The position numbers and the translations under genes were made by a program. Source: Raillietiella orientalis (taxonomy: Eukaryota). From it: a stretch of DNA of 64,000 nt. Numbering within the stretch: position 1 is the stretch's first letter; each line of letters begins with the position of its first letter. The notes below the pieces were generated by a model. It was not told the origin of the DNA and searched no databases. It saw only the letters and a program-made list of their open reading frames with translations. The stretch covers positions 2,232,001 to 2,296,000 of the forward strand of contig JAYWIR010000011.1 of NCBI GenBank assembly GCA_036172245.1. The letters are read 5' to 3'. Of the stretch, positions 1-15,499 are shown in pieces.

Positions 1-717
1 TTCAAAATGATTGAGGAGACCACCCAAAAAAAATTTCATGATGAACTTAATTGGATGATGTCAGGAATGTTTATATTCTTCGTGTTGAAATGTTCATTTA
101 GTTTTCCATGTTTTTTAATCTTTTTGAGCAGGGACTTATTGTGTAAAAATTACTAATTTTATCTTTCAGTTGCTTTAGAATACTTTGTGGAAGTTCATTT
201 TTCAATACTACTTGGAAATCATGTATTTTGGCATTTTGCATTACTTAAAATATAAGCATATCCTACAGATATTAGTTCTTTTTAAACCCAATTCAGAATT
301 GTGACCTTTTGATTGTGACCATTTTTGTTTTAATGCTTATAGTCATACTTGCTGTATTGTACGTTGATGCCATGGAATTTTCCAAATGCTAGGAACTTTT
401 TAAGGAAGGAAAGTAAATCATGAATAAGTTCATGAATGAAATTTTCCTTGTTTTTGTAATGTGATCACAAATTCCGAATTTCAGCAAACCAATTTCGTTT
501 CGAATCGAAAATTCTGCAATAATTTAAAACGAAAAAAACTACATGTATTAATTTTTTCTCACATCATTTTAATCCATTGTACTTGAAATTCACTATAGCA
601 CCATGCTTATGCTTGCGAAATAAAAAAATTCTAGAGTTAGCGCCCGTTTTCCGGAACTTAAATGACTGATTGAGTGTTTTTTTTTGAGCGCCCCTCCTAA
701 TTTTAATTTTTTACAAG

Positions 718-1631
718 GTCAAATCACTGAAGAATTCAGTAAATCAGCCAAAGATGCTGCAGAAAGCTTGAGTGATAAAAGTTCCAAGTTGGCACAAACA
801 AAGCCTGTACAGTCTCTCGTTCAGGGTGTTAAAGCAGTCAAACAAGAAATAGATGAATCCACGAATTATAAAACTAGCGTTTATCACCCTCCTGAAAAGC
901 TGCGATTTCGAAAAGAACCTGTAGGAAATGAAAGTTTCTGGATAAAAGCTAATGTAAATGCAACTCAAGTTGAATTACATAAAGATTCTCGTCTCTGGGA
1001 AAGCTGGAAACATTTCAAAGACCATAATCCATACATCAATAAGGTTTTGGATTGGAAAACTCAGTATAATGAAAGTGACCATGTGATCATCCGTGCATCT
1101 CGCCATCTCACAGATCGTATAAGTGACCTATTTGGTGGAATCTTTCAGAAAACTGAAATGTCAGAAGCACTCACAGAAATTTGTAAACTTGATCCTGATT
1201 TTGATAAAGTGTTTTTTTTGCAGCAGTGTCAGTTTGATATCATTCCCAACGTATTAGAAGCATTAATGCAAGGAGAACTTAACATTTTGCGTGACTGGTG
1301 TCATGAACCAGCCTACAATGTACTTTCTACGCCTATATTAGAGGCAAAGAAACGTGGCTTGGTGTTTTCATCGAAAGTACTAGATATTAGCAATGTAGAC
1401 TTGTTAATGGGTAAAATGATAGAACAAGGCCCAGTGTTGGTTGTTAATTTCCATGCCCAGGAGATACACTGCTTGCGTGATCATCTAGGAAGAATAGTCG
1501 ATGGAAGCTTAAATAAAGTAATCAAAGTAAACTACGTGTGGGTGATGTGTCGGGACCCTGTTGAAATTGACCCTAAAGCTGCTTGGCGTGTAATGGAAGT
1601 AGGGAGTAATTCCATGGATCAAATGTTATGA
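718..1631 (+). CDS. TIMM44: Mitochondrial import inner membrane translocase subunit TIM44, last coding exon (5' exons not resolved)
   Basis: Translation has TIM44 hallmarks (LHKDSRLWESWKHFKDHN, IRASRHLTDRISDLFGGIFQKTEMSEALTEI, DIIPNVLEALMQGEL, MGKMIEQGPVL, AAWR). The ORF-track start at 684 is intronic: branch-like CCTAAT and T-tract, then TTACAAG|GT acceptor at 717/718 (phase 1). Stop TGA at 1629-1631. Confidence 0.95.
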
Positions 1632-1641
1632 TCACTCAAAA

Positions 1642-1647
1642 AATAAA
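1642..1647 (+). terminator. Polyadenylation signal of TIM44
   Basis: AATAAA 10 nt after the TIM44 stop codon. Confidence 0.55.
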
Positions 1648-1714
1648 GAATGTAAACAAAAAGCAATGCATATTTCTTGTTGACTAGTCAATACTTTACT
1701 TTAAACAAAATGAA

Positions 1715-3732
<2,018 letters not shown>

Positions 3733-4197
3733 GACAAAATTGCAATGATTACATAGGCACACAACTCGTGAAGCACTCGAATTTTCCCGATGCAGGTGGG
3801 AAAGTGTTAAGGGTGAACCGAATACTGACCTGTGACTCGTTCAACAGCATGTCTACGCCCTCGGTGGCCGCTCACCAACGTTCGGATGCACTCCCGGCTG
3901 GAAACTGCAGCTTCACCGACACGCTTGCCAGAGGAATGCGCGTGTCGTCTTTCATTTGTGGCAGAGCACATGCGATCTTCGTCCAACTGCTGATGTGTGC
4001 ATACCAGATAGGTGGCATACGATCCCCGCTTCAGCCTTGCTGAGCTGTGGATTTGCCGGAAACACGAGGAATCTGTGAGCTCCTGTATCTTACGGATCGC
4101 ATTCTTTTGTTATTCTCTTTCTTGCGAACGAACATCAGCTCCCATATCTCGCGGACGACACTCTGTCTTTTGCTTTGCTATTATCTTGCTCTGCTTT

Positions 4198-4272
4198 GTT
4201 TGTACGTGTGTGTGTTTTTTTGTTTGTTTGTTTGTTTTTTTTTTTTTGGCTGTGTGTGTGTGTGTGCGCGCG
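4198..4272. repeat. Compound (TG)n/(TTTG)n/poly-T microsatellite
   Basis: Directly visible simple repeats. Confidence 0.85.
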
Positions 4273-4499
4273 TTTTGTCATTATAACGCAGTGAAGTAGC
4301 ATTAATGAGACTCCAACTCCTTGATGCTACCTCGCTGCGTTCTGGCCGATGGCCAAGAGGAGCCCCACTCCCACACATGCCAGTGCCTAGTGATTCGTGA
4401 TATTGCGCCACTTTCTGCTTATCTACTGCCGTATTTCCCGGTTTCGGCGGACGAAGGCACCCGAGTGGTGCTCAAAAATAGAAAACTTTTGCAAAATCC

Positions 4500-5745
4500 A
4501 AGCAAAATGAACCAACTGCAGTGGGAAATCTTCGGTTCACCGCCGGAATATGGCAACAGCAGCTTTGGTTTCGTGTCCTCCTAGAGAATACGTTATTTTA
4601 TACCTCCGAAAGTGTAAAGCATAGAGGAAATGCATTCGATTGGCTAAGGCAAGTTGAGACCACGTCGAGGCCACACTATATCTGTGCTCGCGTCCTGGAT
4701 GTGCAATACGTATACTGCATTTAACAAATTGACACCAATAAACTTCGAAGGCTTGACATTTCTGCTTTGCAATAAGCGGAATAATCGCAGAATATTTCGT
4801 CATCCAATGACAGCTTAATGAGAAGGTTGCTGGCATAGATATGGCAATTTTTGATGCGTTGCAGCCATCACCGAATTCAGAAACACGACTTTTTTTTTGA
4901 AAGCATTTTCTAGCATGGCACTCTACTCACTTTCACCAAATAGTTGGTACACAAATAGTTACTTGATCGTTATTTCGAGATGATTATTAAACTTTGATTA
5001 ATTCGGCTGCAGAACCATTTTCGTCTATATCCTAGGTAAGCCTCAGTGAGTTAGTTGCCCGTGGATGAATTCTGGATAAATCATCAATTGCAAAAAAAAA
5101 AAAAAAAAAAAAAGGAAAAAAAGAAGCTGTTTCTTTGATGGGTGTAGCGTACCAGCTACACAAACCATGTCGTTTGAAAGGTGCATTGAATATACGCGAC
5201 TATGTGTGTCGACCAATTGAAATCGCTCCCAAACTGTCTGTATGCAAATGAAAAATGCAAATTGAATTTGCATGGAGATCATGGGAAAATCTATTGGCAA
5301 CAGGAATGAAAGTTAACAAGGCTGCGAACATGCTGAATGAATTTGCCGGAGTGTATGCAAAGTTTAGATGTTTTCCATCATTATCACGGCAATGATAACG
5401 TCCAGAAGAATGTCACCATGGTGACACACGCAATGGAGCAAGCCGTGCACAATCCCATTGCTGATTTTGATTGATGCCGATAGTGGATTCGATTTTTTTC
5501 TTAGGCACTTTTTTCTGGATGCAAACACATTCTGCATTCGAAATTAGTTCTGATTTATGGTTTTGCTGCAGATCATGAGTTGTTACAGTAGGAATCTGAG
5601 ATTTGAAAAGCATCGGGAAGCGTGGGTTCCCTTGACTATGGTGCACGTCGAATTCCATGAAATCTCTTTGAAAGAGATAACCAGTTCCTTCAAAACTTTC
5701 ACGGGTCGATATTTTTCGTGTAATTCTCCGATGAAGAGTTATCAA
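4500..5745 (-). mobile_element. Heavily decayed DNA-transposon remnant, possibly ISL2EU/Harbinger-like (SWIM/YqaJ-type ORF and DDE ORF traces)
   Basis: Minus-strand fragments SAYCKAEMSS...FLYALHF and FPMLFKSQIPT...ISNAECVCIQKK resemble these families. They are broken by stops and frameshifts. Confidence 0.3.
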
Positions 5746-5999
5746 TTATCATCGATTGTTCCTTTACAGTTTCAGGCAAAATCCATTTTGTTTTCGGGAA
5801 GCATTTCTCCTTAATTAGGTTTCTAGAGTGTGATCCAAATATTCCTGCTTTTGTCGTTTGGCGTGTACGTTCTTTGAGTATTGTAAAGTGTTCATAACTT
5901 TTGTGAGCCTAGGAACTTTCCTCCAAGGTCAGTGAATAGCGCTACAGAATATTTTCAGGAATTGATCTTTCAAAACGTTTGAAAAATTGAGCAAACTTT

Positions 6000-7430
6000 A
6001 ATTCATCACCCTATGATTACTTTCAATGTCACGCACACTTGCGTTACGTGAACGGGTTTCAAGTTATCCGGTTAACATGTACCCGGCAAAAAGTGTTGCT
6101 ACAAGGCATCCTAGGCATTACCACGCCTGAAACGAGTCTTGGAGGATCCTCTGCAGGGAGTATATCGATCCTTCCTCCAGGTACAGAGCCTCGAGAGTTG
6201 CTCCAATGGACGCCCTACACGCCCTTCCTTGAGCCAAGCGAGATAAAGTGGTAGTGCACACGATGGCAGAAACATCGCGGAATGCCACCGGAGAAGACAG
6301 CATTTCCAGAGAGACAGGGAATATCCTCAAGGATGAGGGGCAAGCTCCTCCAGACACAGGACTCACAGCATGATTCCCATCCTTGGGAGCGGACGAAGAG
6401 GAAAAGATGCTGTCGAGCTTTTCTACGATGCGTGCAGACTGAGGGGCACTGGAACAAGTAAACAAGTGATCCCCGCATCGGGGAGGGGAGAGGAGGAGCA
6501 GAGGAGGAAGCCGTTCAGGAAGAATGAGCGGAACATTCAAAAGCTTTCCTGGATTAACCAGGTGAAAGCAGTGCGAGCCATTTCTGGTTTGGTGGATGCC
6601 GGTTGCCGAATCTCGATCTCGACCAAGAAGCACTGCATTCGATGTCTTTGCATCTGCATTTACTGCTGCATGACAGGGGCACAAGGAGATCTGCAGGGAC
6701 AGCTCTCCTCCCCGATAGATGTCGCTCCATTCACGGTGGGTGGGATCGGCGCCACCCCGCGCACCGCTGTTCCCGAGCGTGGGAACAGTCCAGAAGCCGT
6801 TACCGAGTTTCTCGTCAAATGAACACGATATTCCAAGATGGAGGCTGCGTGTGTCGCTTGTCTGGGAAATGCCTGTCTCTCACGCTTTTCAATGGGTCAT
6901 GAACAAAGAAATCGCTGACCTCTAGCTCTTTTGGCAGGTCGGAGGACAAAGTTTTGTCTTGCAGACGAGGTGTTGCTTTTCACGACCTCTCATGGGCGTC
7001 TTGGATGGTGTTCCGTGAGGTGTTGCACGATGCGCTGGATAAAGCTGAATGGGAGGGAGCGTAGAAATCCCAGCTCTAAAAATAGCTCCACATCCGAATC
7101 GATTGGAGGGATGGCCCTGTGCTGCTGCCTAATTTTTAGACAGGATCACATCTGCTCTGTTGAGATCGTTTCCTTCTTTCTAGCATCCTTTCATTCCAGG
7201 ATGAATGGGATGAATCTTTGGTTTGATGTCCGCATGTAAGCGTTGCTGTGTCTTCTTCCGCTCTAGAACTTTCCATACAACCTTAGTCCTAAGATCGGGA
7301 ATTGGTGTCCTGAGCTCACTCAGGACACACTCTTCAAGAAAAGCTCTACTTCTCGGGACTCCATGTTTTTTAGCAATCAGCTTGCGTTTCTATAAATATC
7401 ATACCCAGCTGTCTTGAAGTTGAATGGGCA
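6000..7430 (-). mobile_element. Decayed non-LTR retrotransposon (L1/Tx1-like ORF2)
   Basis: Degenerate ORF2 traces (PSKTP, AISLFMT, HAAVNADAKT..LLG, PKDG..GG). 6647-6734 is the reverse complement of 8706-8790 (79/85 matches plus one 3-nt gap). Confidence 0.6.
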
Positions 7431-8149
7431 GTGCTCTTTTTCGCATCAACTGCCACCCTTCTCACAACTCCCGAGTATGCCGTCGTTAATACACGAGTTT
7501 TCGCTATGGCATTATCCTCCATTCCCGCCCTCATTAAATCAAATCATCGAATGCACCCCCGCAGTAACTAAAGTAGGGGAATGCACCGAAGACGATACTG
7601 GTTTAGGCACCGCTACAGCCCCTGGTAATCAAGCACTAAGTAGCAACTGCGTCCCTCTTTGCCATTCTCATTAACATAACTACCCATAAATACCAACTGC
7701 TAACCTCGAAAGGCATCTGATCCCGGGAACCCTCGCATACTAACCATCCAACTCCCGTTAACAAAATACGATCTCCAATACATGTACCCCGAAACGTAAT
7801 TCTACCGCTGTGGTCAGTCTCGCTCCATGTACAAAAAATTACTGAGCAGTAAGAAGTAATCCCTGATCCATCTCACTCTGAAATAATACTGTGTTCACCC
7901 ATTCCTAATTAATGGTAACATGCTTACAGAATCGAAAAGCACTCAATCCAGCTTTTAAAGACTTTTCTATTTCTGTCCGAAGACTTTTCCATCATTTTTG
8001 CTCAAAGTTTTGCTCCGCAGATCTTCCAGCTTTACCGGATTGCAGTGTCTTTGTGCAACCGCTGGTCCTACCTGCCTGTCTATCCATAATCGAAAGCCCT
8101 CATCCCGGTGCGCAATGCCGCTCATCGATCCTCATCTGAACTGTTCTCC

Positions 8150-10050
8150 CGATAACTGCGATGAGTCCGTTAACTTATGGCAATGAGTCTTCGGTGCTGC
8201 TGCTGACAACCCCACTGGCCTTTCCTTAGGATGTGCGGTGGGTCCGCGCGCGACCATTCTTGTTCTCAGTTCCTGAGAGGGAACTGCGCCGCGGTCCTCG
8301 ATGCGCGCCGTCCATTCCAGAGAGCAGCATCGGAGTTCAAGAAGGGGGTCGGCGACCCTGAATGCTGTGTTACGTGAACGGTGCACCGGGAAGGGGGGGG
8401 GAGGGAACATTCGGCTGTGATCAGGGTGTTCCCCGCCATATTCACTCTTCCTCTCGTCCTCTTCCTCTCGCAAGGGGAAGAATGTGGGAGCTGCAAGGCT
8501 TTCCTTTTCATTCTGAGAAGTCCAGGTTTGGTTCCGCCGCCATCCCAAGAAAGGGACGAGTGCTGGAAGAGCCGGAAGCTCCAGGCGCGCGCACGAAACA
8601 CCTCTGCAAGCCAACTGGCTCAGCAGGGGAGCCTGCTGGAAGCACCCGCCCAACGGTGGGACCGAAGCTCAGCATGGGAGCAGTATCTCGGAGGAAGGAG
8701 TGAATGTGAATGGAGTGACATCTATCGGGGAAGAGAGCCGTTCCTGCAGATCTCCTTGTGTCCCTGGCATGCAGCAAATGCAGATGCAAACTCAGGTAGT
8801 CGAGTCGATCCAGAAGACCACGAGATTTGGACTTACCTTATGCCTCAAGCAGGGAAGCAGGCAGGCCCGGACAGACCAGAAAGGACCCTCCCCTCCGGAG
8901 AGCCGCGAGATGTGGACCCCCGCTCAGGGACGCCCCCAACTGAGCATATTCTCTTGCCCTCGAGCGCCCGTCGCAGACCAGTCTGCGGCTCACCCCAATG
9001 TATGAGTCGAAGGGGGGACGGAAGCTGCGGGAGCTTCCTCCTCCTTCTCTCACGCCTTGACGCAATCCCGAGTCATCCAAACGCCTCTCTCAGCCTGCTC
9101 CTCCGATACGGATCCTACAGATGACTTGAGCTCGAGGAGAGGCAGAGCGCATCTATCATCTTCTCCCCCTTTGCTCTAGTGCTGCCCTCCCTAAGGGACT
9201 TAGACAGTGTAATCCCGGCAAGGTGGGAAGTGACTTGCTTCACAGCAGTAAAAACAAAACTTCTGGGGTCGCGGACAATTCGGTAAGTGACGGAAGCTGC
9301 GACCATGAGTGACCCACCCCACGGACTTGTACTCTGGAGAAAGCTGCTTGGTATCCCTCTGGAGGAGGTGAAGTGGTCCTCAGCGTGCTGGAGCAGTGGT
9401 GCCCCTCACTCGAGTGGCGGGACTCGGCGTTGCTGGTGGTACATGGGGGAATCCTATGTAAAGCATGCCTTCACCACTGGACACGGGGGAGCGTGGACGC
9501 TCAGATTGCAACAGGTGCGGGAAGGAGGAGACCCTCCCTCACCTGCTGCTGTACTATGCTGCTCTCCGACCCTTTTGGGATCTCCTCGCCACGATCCTAG
9601 GATCTCCAGTGGGGTGGCCCCAGGGACATTTTCAGACCCCTCTTCGCGCGTGCCTCTTGCTGCCGGCCGCGTTCCTCGCAGTTCTCGGCTGCCTCCGCGG
9701 AATGGTCCAACCTGGAACACCGGAAAAAAAGATCAGAATAGCAGAGACGCCATCCACTGGCACGAATCTCTTTGACGACCGCCTCGAGATGGCTGCTACC
9801 TCGGCACTATCCGGACAAAACTTGCCAGCATCCTAAAGAGGATGGCAGCGTACGGTGTTACCCCCCTCCTCGTGCATAATTCCTCCTTTCCCATTTGTTT
9901 GTTTATTTTTTTGTGTTTTGTTTTCCCTTCCCCCACGTTGCCGAAGCGGACCTCGCTGGTCTGCGTACCGGTCCTCGGCAGGTTCATCGTACGTGGTAGA
10001 AGCAACGGTTCTACCCCAAAAATGTATTATTATTGCTAACATAATAAATG
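8150..10050 (+). mobile_element. Decayed non-LTR retrotransposon (L1/Tx1-like), 3' part with zinc knuckle and 3' UTR
   Basis: CNRCGKEETLPHLLLYYAALRPFW (~9500-9580) matches the C-terminal CCHC knuckle of L1/Tx1 ORF2. It is followed by a T-rich 3' UTR and AATAAA near 10043. Confidence 0.7.
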
Positions 10051-10059
10051 CCCCGGCAT

Positions 10060-10930
10060 AACCGGGCGAGAATCATCCTCCAGGGTTGCATAAGACGCAG
10101 TGTCTCCGAGACTACAATCCACAAGATGGCGGTAGGACTGCCGGGAAAACAGGATGCGTGCGGAGTCTCCTCCGCCGTGAGCTCAAAGACCGATGCCTTC
10201 GATTTTCGGACAAAGAGAAGCGCGGTGATGGCATATGCCAAGATGGGTACGAAAAGGATGCTGCGAGAGGGAAGAGTGAATCCTTGCAGGAAGGCTCGCG
10301 GTGAAAATGCGCTTGCGAAAACACTGTGCACTGGTCCAGAACGCCGCTCATCGGTGACTGCGCTGAAGCTGATACCTCCTGGGACTGATGGAATGAGTTA
10401 ATTCTCAGGAGTTGCCGGATGATTCAGTTCTTTAGGAGGAGCAGAGTGAGCCTCTGGCTGGAGGAGAGCGGAGAGCTCATCCTGAGCTGTTCCAAACGTG
10501 GAATGATCTCGGCGCGGCGATGGAGAAGGAAGTAGCAAGGACCGACGCAAGACATAAGCATAATTTGGCACTCTTGCTGCTCGCATTGAGGGGATCAGCC
10601 GACCTCCCAATCTTCCTGCTGCGGCTGCCATGCCAACGAATGAAAGTGAAGCCATCCATATCAGCAACTGATACCGCCTCCAAGTCCATGGTTGCTACCG
10701 TGGGAGAGCGAGGTCGACAGCCTAGGGTGGACGATGAATCTAAGGAGATATCTAGGAAAATCCTGAAGATGCAGAACGATGTTTCAGTTCTTCTGCGGTC
10801 AACTGGATGTGGTTCGCTCTTTCATAGGAACTGTCCATGGGATTTGGAAGTCTCCCAACCCGGCGTGTTGTGCAAGTCATGGGGGAGTTAGAAGCTGAAG
10901 GATGCGGTCGGGATGACCTGTGAGGAAAAT
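10060..10930 (-). mobile_element. Decayed non-LTR retrotransposon fragment (endonuclease-RT linker region)
   Basis: Weak traces (QDELSALLQP, FLQGFTLPSR) fit the linker and RT N-terminus; many disruptions. Confidence 0.4.
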
Positions 10931-11001
10931 GGCTACATGAGAGAACTCCGAGTGATGACGTCGGCCTTTTCTGATGACAGGAATCAGGAAGTAATAGATG
11001 C

Positions 11002-11178
11002 TAACCATTGTTATATAATCCTTATGTAATAATGTAGTCCCTCCTTTTGTAATGACTGCATCTTGTTACAGGAACATGCGTAATAAATTGAGTGGTACTT
11101 AATTAGATGTATTTATGTGAAATCCGATACGAGCGCTGTGATGTGAAAATGTCTAGTGATCATCCATTCACCCATGTT
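11002..11178 (+). repeat. Dispersed repeat, copy 1 (diverged direct repeat of 12624-12868)
   Basis: TGCATCTTGTTACAGGAACATGCGTAAT...TGAAATCCG..GCTGTGAT aligns by eye with 12737-12823 at roughly three-quarters identity. Confidence 0.7.
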
Positions 11179-11199
11179 AGCTACGACTTGGATGGTAGG

Positions 11200-12310
11200 T
11201 TCCTCAATCGGATCTCATTCTTCGAGAGTCACCAAGTCCGAAAAGGATGAGACCCAACGTGCACGGTTGTCACGGGGCGGAATGGTATCGATACGAGGGC
11301 TTCCACTGCGGGCATCGACTTGAGGGGGACGAAAGTGACTCGCTGAGGAAGGAGGGCACGAGTTGCCCGTCCAAGGTTGTAGGTAGACGAGCTGGAAGAG
11401 GGAAACTGAGGATATAATCAAAATGGCCGTTGTAGAAGTGATGAGGAACTCCACAGGCGTCACGTGCTGGGATTCCAGAAATGTGGCTAGTCCTGTTAAT
11501 TCCGCTTTGGTGAGAAAAGCGACGGGAGAGTGGCTACTGTAAAAGGGTGGATGCTGCGCGGGGCGATGGTTGGAAGTACTTGCTTTTGCGAATGAGATCG
11601 TGCATCTTGCTTTACTGAGTAGATGATGAGCTGCTCTCCGCGAACGCGCCTTCCTAGCCGCAAAGGAATCCACGACTCCTCCTTGATGCGTCACGCACCT
11701 TGAAACATCTGTATACGTTCGCCTGCCCCGTCGAGCACCTCCCTCGAGAGCGACCCTTCAGTCATCGCGTGGGGACGGAATTCTGGCACTGCCTTGGCTG
11801 GCACCTCCGTTTGGTGCTCACGGAGCTTTCCGAGCGAATCCGTCTCCCCGTCTAAAAATTCAGACTTGTGCCTTCTTGCTACAGCTCGACACTGCGTCCG
11901 GAAGGCGTCAAGTTTCATGGGACATTGACCACTTGAATGTGCTAGATGGAAGGCTAGAAGAATGGCGAAGCATACTTATAGATGATCTGGACGGATGGGG
12001 TGAATAACTGATTGGATAGGAAGAGTGGCTAGGGCTTATATGAAGCAGAATATGTTTCCAAGTGACGTGGGGATAAGAACGGCGAAGGGGAGGCAGTAGA
12101 TGGGTTAGCTTGATCAGTTTAGGAGGATGACTCGCGACCAGGTTATTCAGAATGAGTTAACGGTAGGCAATCTGTAGTAGAAAGGAATATCTACTGATTC
12201 CAAGGCAGCGATTGACATTATGAGGAGAGTTTGGGGTAAGAAGGGAATGAATGTAAGTGAATACAAAACTGCGAGCCATTTTTCCATAGGGCTGAATGGC
12301 TTGTGATGGT
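11200..12310 (-). mobile_element. Probable decayed LINE 3' fragment
   Basis: Minus-strand trace PHVTWKHI...HET resembles the region before the zinc knuckle of LINE ORF2; very degenerate. Confidence 0.3.
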
Positions 12311-12623
12311 GCTCTTCTTGAAAGTTCTGTGCGGCAGCGGAGAAGTCATTTTACAGTTTCACTTGTCTGCATCGTAGCTTACCGTATGAGGTGTAATGGA
12401 TAATGCAAAATGAAATTTAAATAGATAATCATTTCATTACATAATTACTTTTATGGCATGTAGATGTTGCTTAATGTTTTATGTTCGATCAAATAAAAGT
12501 TCCATATCGATTTATAGGTAGTTTTGTGTGTGTGTGTGATGTTCACCAAACAATCCATCTTATCGATATAAAATGTACAGACAGAAGATGTGTAAAAGGG
12601 AGACATGATTATCCCACAGAATT

Positions 12624-12868
12624 AAACCATTGCATGTGACCTCATATAATAAGGTAGTTTATCCCTGTGTAATAACTGTACCACGTTACAGTTACTGTTA
12701 CTGTAACATGATACAGTTGTTACAGTCAATGTATCATGCATCGTGTTACAGAAACATGTGTAATTTAATTATCTGCTGCTTAATTAAATGCATGTACATG
12801 AAATCCGTGGCGAATGCTGTGATTGTTCGAATATCTCGAAGCGACGTTATACGTGCATCCATGTTATG
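12624..12868 (+). repeat. Dispersed repeat, copy 2 (with internal GTTAC-rich insertion)
   Basis: Homologous to 11002-11178, with extra GTTACAGTTACTGTTACTGTAAC sequence at about 12686-12735. Confidence 0.7.
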
Positions 12869-15499
12869 TAAAGAACGAAAGATACAGGTCATCGCCCTGT
12901 TTGCATCAAGAAATGTGTCTCTCCTCACGGGAGAGAGTGTAAATGTATGAATGAGTGCCCACGGCTCGCGTGATTCGACTGTTTTTCCCGCTGTTCGCCC
13001 TCGTTTGTCCCGATTTCGCAGTCTTTCGCATAAATGCATGGATTCGTGGACACAGCACGGCAAAGGAAGGCACGATCCAGGAACAGCCATTCCCGTGCAC
13101 CCAAGTGCAACAGGACGTCCGACATGACCCGTGCCCGTAAAGGGTCACCGCGAGAGCCGGGAAACAACCCGACGGAATCGAAGAGGTTGATCGTGGCACT
13201 CTTTGAACCACATTGCTTTCCGATGTTTCGTACACCTTCCCTCTCGCTGCTGCACTTTCGTCCACCAGCAAGTAAGCACAGACGAGATGAAGAGGATAGC
13301 TGAACGCTCGCGCAACGAGTTTTCATGCCAGCGCAATTTTTTTCTCCTCCTTCTCCTTCCTTCTACCAGACATATACAGCTTGTAGCGAATTATATGCGA
13401 GATTAATGTGTAGTTCAGTTGGTTCTGGTTACATGATTGCTCTTACCCCAATGAAGGCCTACTTTCAGCAGGTTTCCCTTCCTCAATGGAAACAAAGAAC
13501 AAACTGTCAAACAACCCTTTTTGGTTAACTGCCAAACAGTTGACCCCAAAAAAAAAAAAAGAAGCAACGTACCCACTCTGCCCATGCCGCAATCAACTGT
13601 ACCTACTGCTTTGCACCCCTGAGCTCCCGGTTTACTGAGAGCTTGTCGAAAATATTGTGCATCTTATTGCTGCAATGGGGTCATTTTGCTTGGCTGAAGA
13701 TGAGGAAAAAATCTTTGTGCGCAGATGATCTTTCTTCCACCTTTTTTTTCAGATCCGAAAGAACCTTATCTTCGCTTTTCTCATCTGTAGAAAACCTCCT
13801 ATCTGAGGTTGCCCTAAACTTCCGGTCTTGCCCCGGTCTTTCTAATTACGTAAAAAAAAACGAAATCGGAGGGAAACACTGAAGGCAGTCTTCGACAGCA
13901 GCATTTCGGAAGTGCGAAAACCTCCGTTTTCGACCTTGAAATTAGAATCGGGAACTTCTGCTCCGAAACATCATCTCGACATACCACCACCAACTCAGTT
14001 ACATGGAACCATGCAAATCACCTCTTTCAAAGACGAGCTTCCAGATTTCCTACGACTTATTTGGGTATGCAACGTTTTGCTCTCTATTGCTGTGGTGCTA
14101 AATGCACAGAAATCTCAACTCTGAAGTAGTTCGAAAATCTTATTTTTTGCCTACCACTTTTGATTCTTATCATGCAAAGTGATCTGTACACATATTTATC
14201 AGCTTCACATGTAGCAGTAGAGGAGAAACGTAAGCGCACTATTGAGGGTTGTAAAGGAAATCTTGGATTTGTGATGAAAGCAATTTCTACCCGCACGTAT
14301 CAGTTGTCAATGTTTAAAAATTCATCGCAAGATTAGGAATAAAAAAAAATCCAGAGACCCTCAGGCAAAAGACCAGAATGATACTACAAGTTCTTGAAAA
14401 TAAAACTCTCCGTTTGAACTCTGCAGATTGCACCTTTAGGTCCTCGTCGATGCCTCTAGCTGGGGAGAATAACGAAACTTGTTTCTTTCCAGTGATTCCA
14501 AGTTAAAATAACGGAATGCTGGGATACTTGAAGATTCAAGTCAGCACTGTGTGAACTCTTGAATTGGCATCCAGCATCCAGAACATGACCGCAGCATCGG
14601 AACTTTCCATAACTGGAGAGCCACATTTTCATAAGAATCGAGGTGCAGCTGCTCTGATATTCATCCAACTCGGTGACATGAATTTGGGATTTGGTTCTGA
14701 GATCCAAAGTTATTCCTTCTTCGGAACTGTGTATTTCAACTGAGCAGCAGAAGACCGGCATATCTGGTATTCTTCCATCAAAGTTGAGGAGATCTGACTG
14801 GAAACGCCTCTAGGAAGCACGAGGTCGGAGCATTTGTTTGCTCTGTAAATTGATAAAAAAAAAACGCTTCATGCTGCACTTGTGGTGAACCTATCACTGC
14901 ATCTGTGAGAACCCAGATGGCAATTGAGACTGCTCGGCGAAAGAGAGAACGAAGAGACGCCAAGGTCAACACATATTAGTTGAGTATTCTGGTGACACTG
15001 AGAGTCCGTGAAATGACCTATTCGTACTAAGCCGTCACTCTGGGAAACAGAATAATATTGAACAGACAATACTGAACCTCCAGAACAACTTCAGATGTTT
15101 ACATTAATAACTTCGGTATTCCCGTGGTCGCTATAGGGTTCCAATGATTGCACAACTTCGGACCTGCATCTGTTGAGGTTAGCACGCCACTCGAAAACGG
15201 GTCACTCAATGTGATCATGACTTTAATCCTTTGTGTATTGGAATTTACCTCGTGAATGCTCCACTTTCCAAGTTGCAGTCCCTCAGAATGCTAGTCTCAA
15301 AAGACGTACTTTTTCTGACTTTCCTTGGTCAATCATCGTGATGATGGAATATCAAATGTTTTCTTGCCTGCAAGATACTTTTTTGGAAAAAAAACTGTGC
15401 ACCCATTACATTCTGGGAAAACCACTTCATGTGCTTCATGTTCACTTCAACAGATACATATTTTAAAGTATTGCAAAGGGTTTTAAAGTACGACCGGAA

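Noticed and set aside
684..717. TTG start of the TIM44 ORF in the ORF track
   Set aside because: It lies in the polypyrimidine/branch region of an intron; the gene is spliced and its N-terminus is missing from this ORF.
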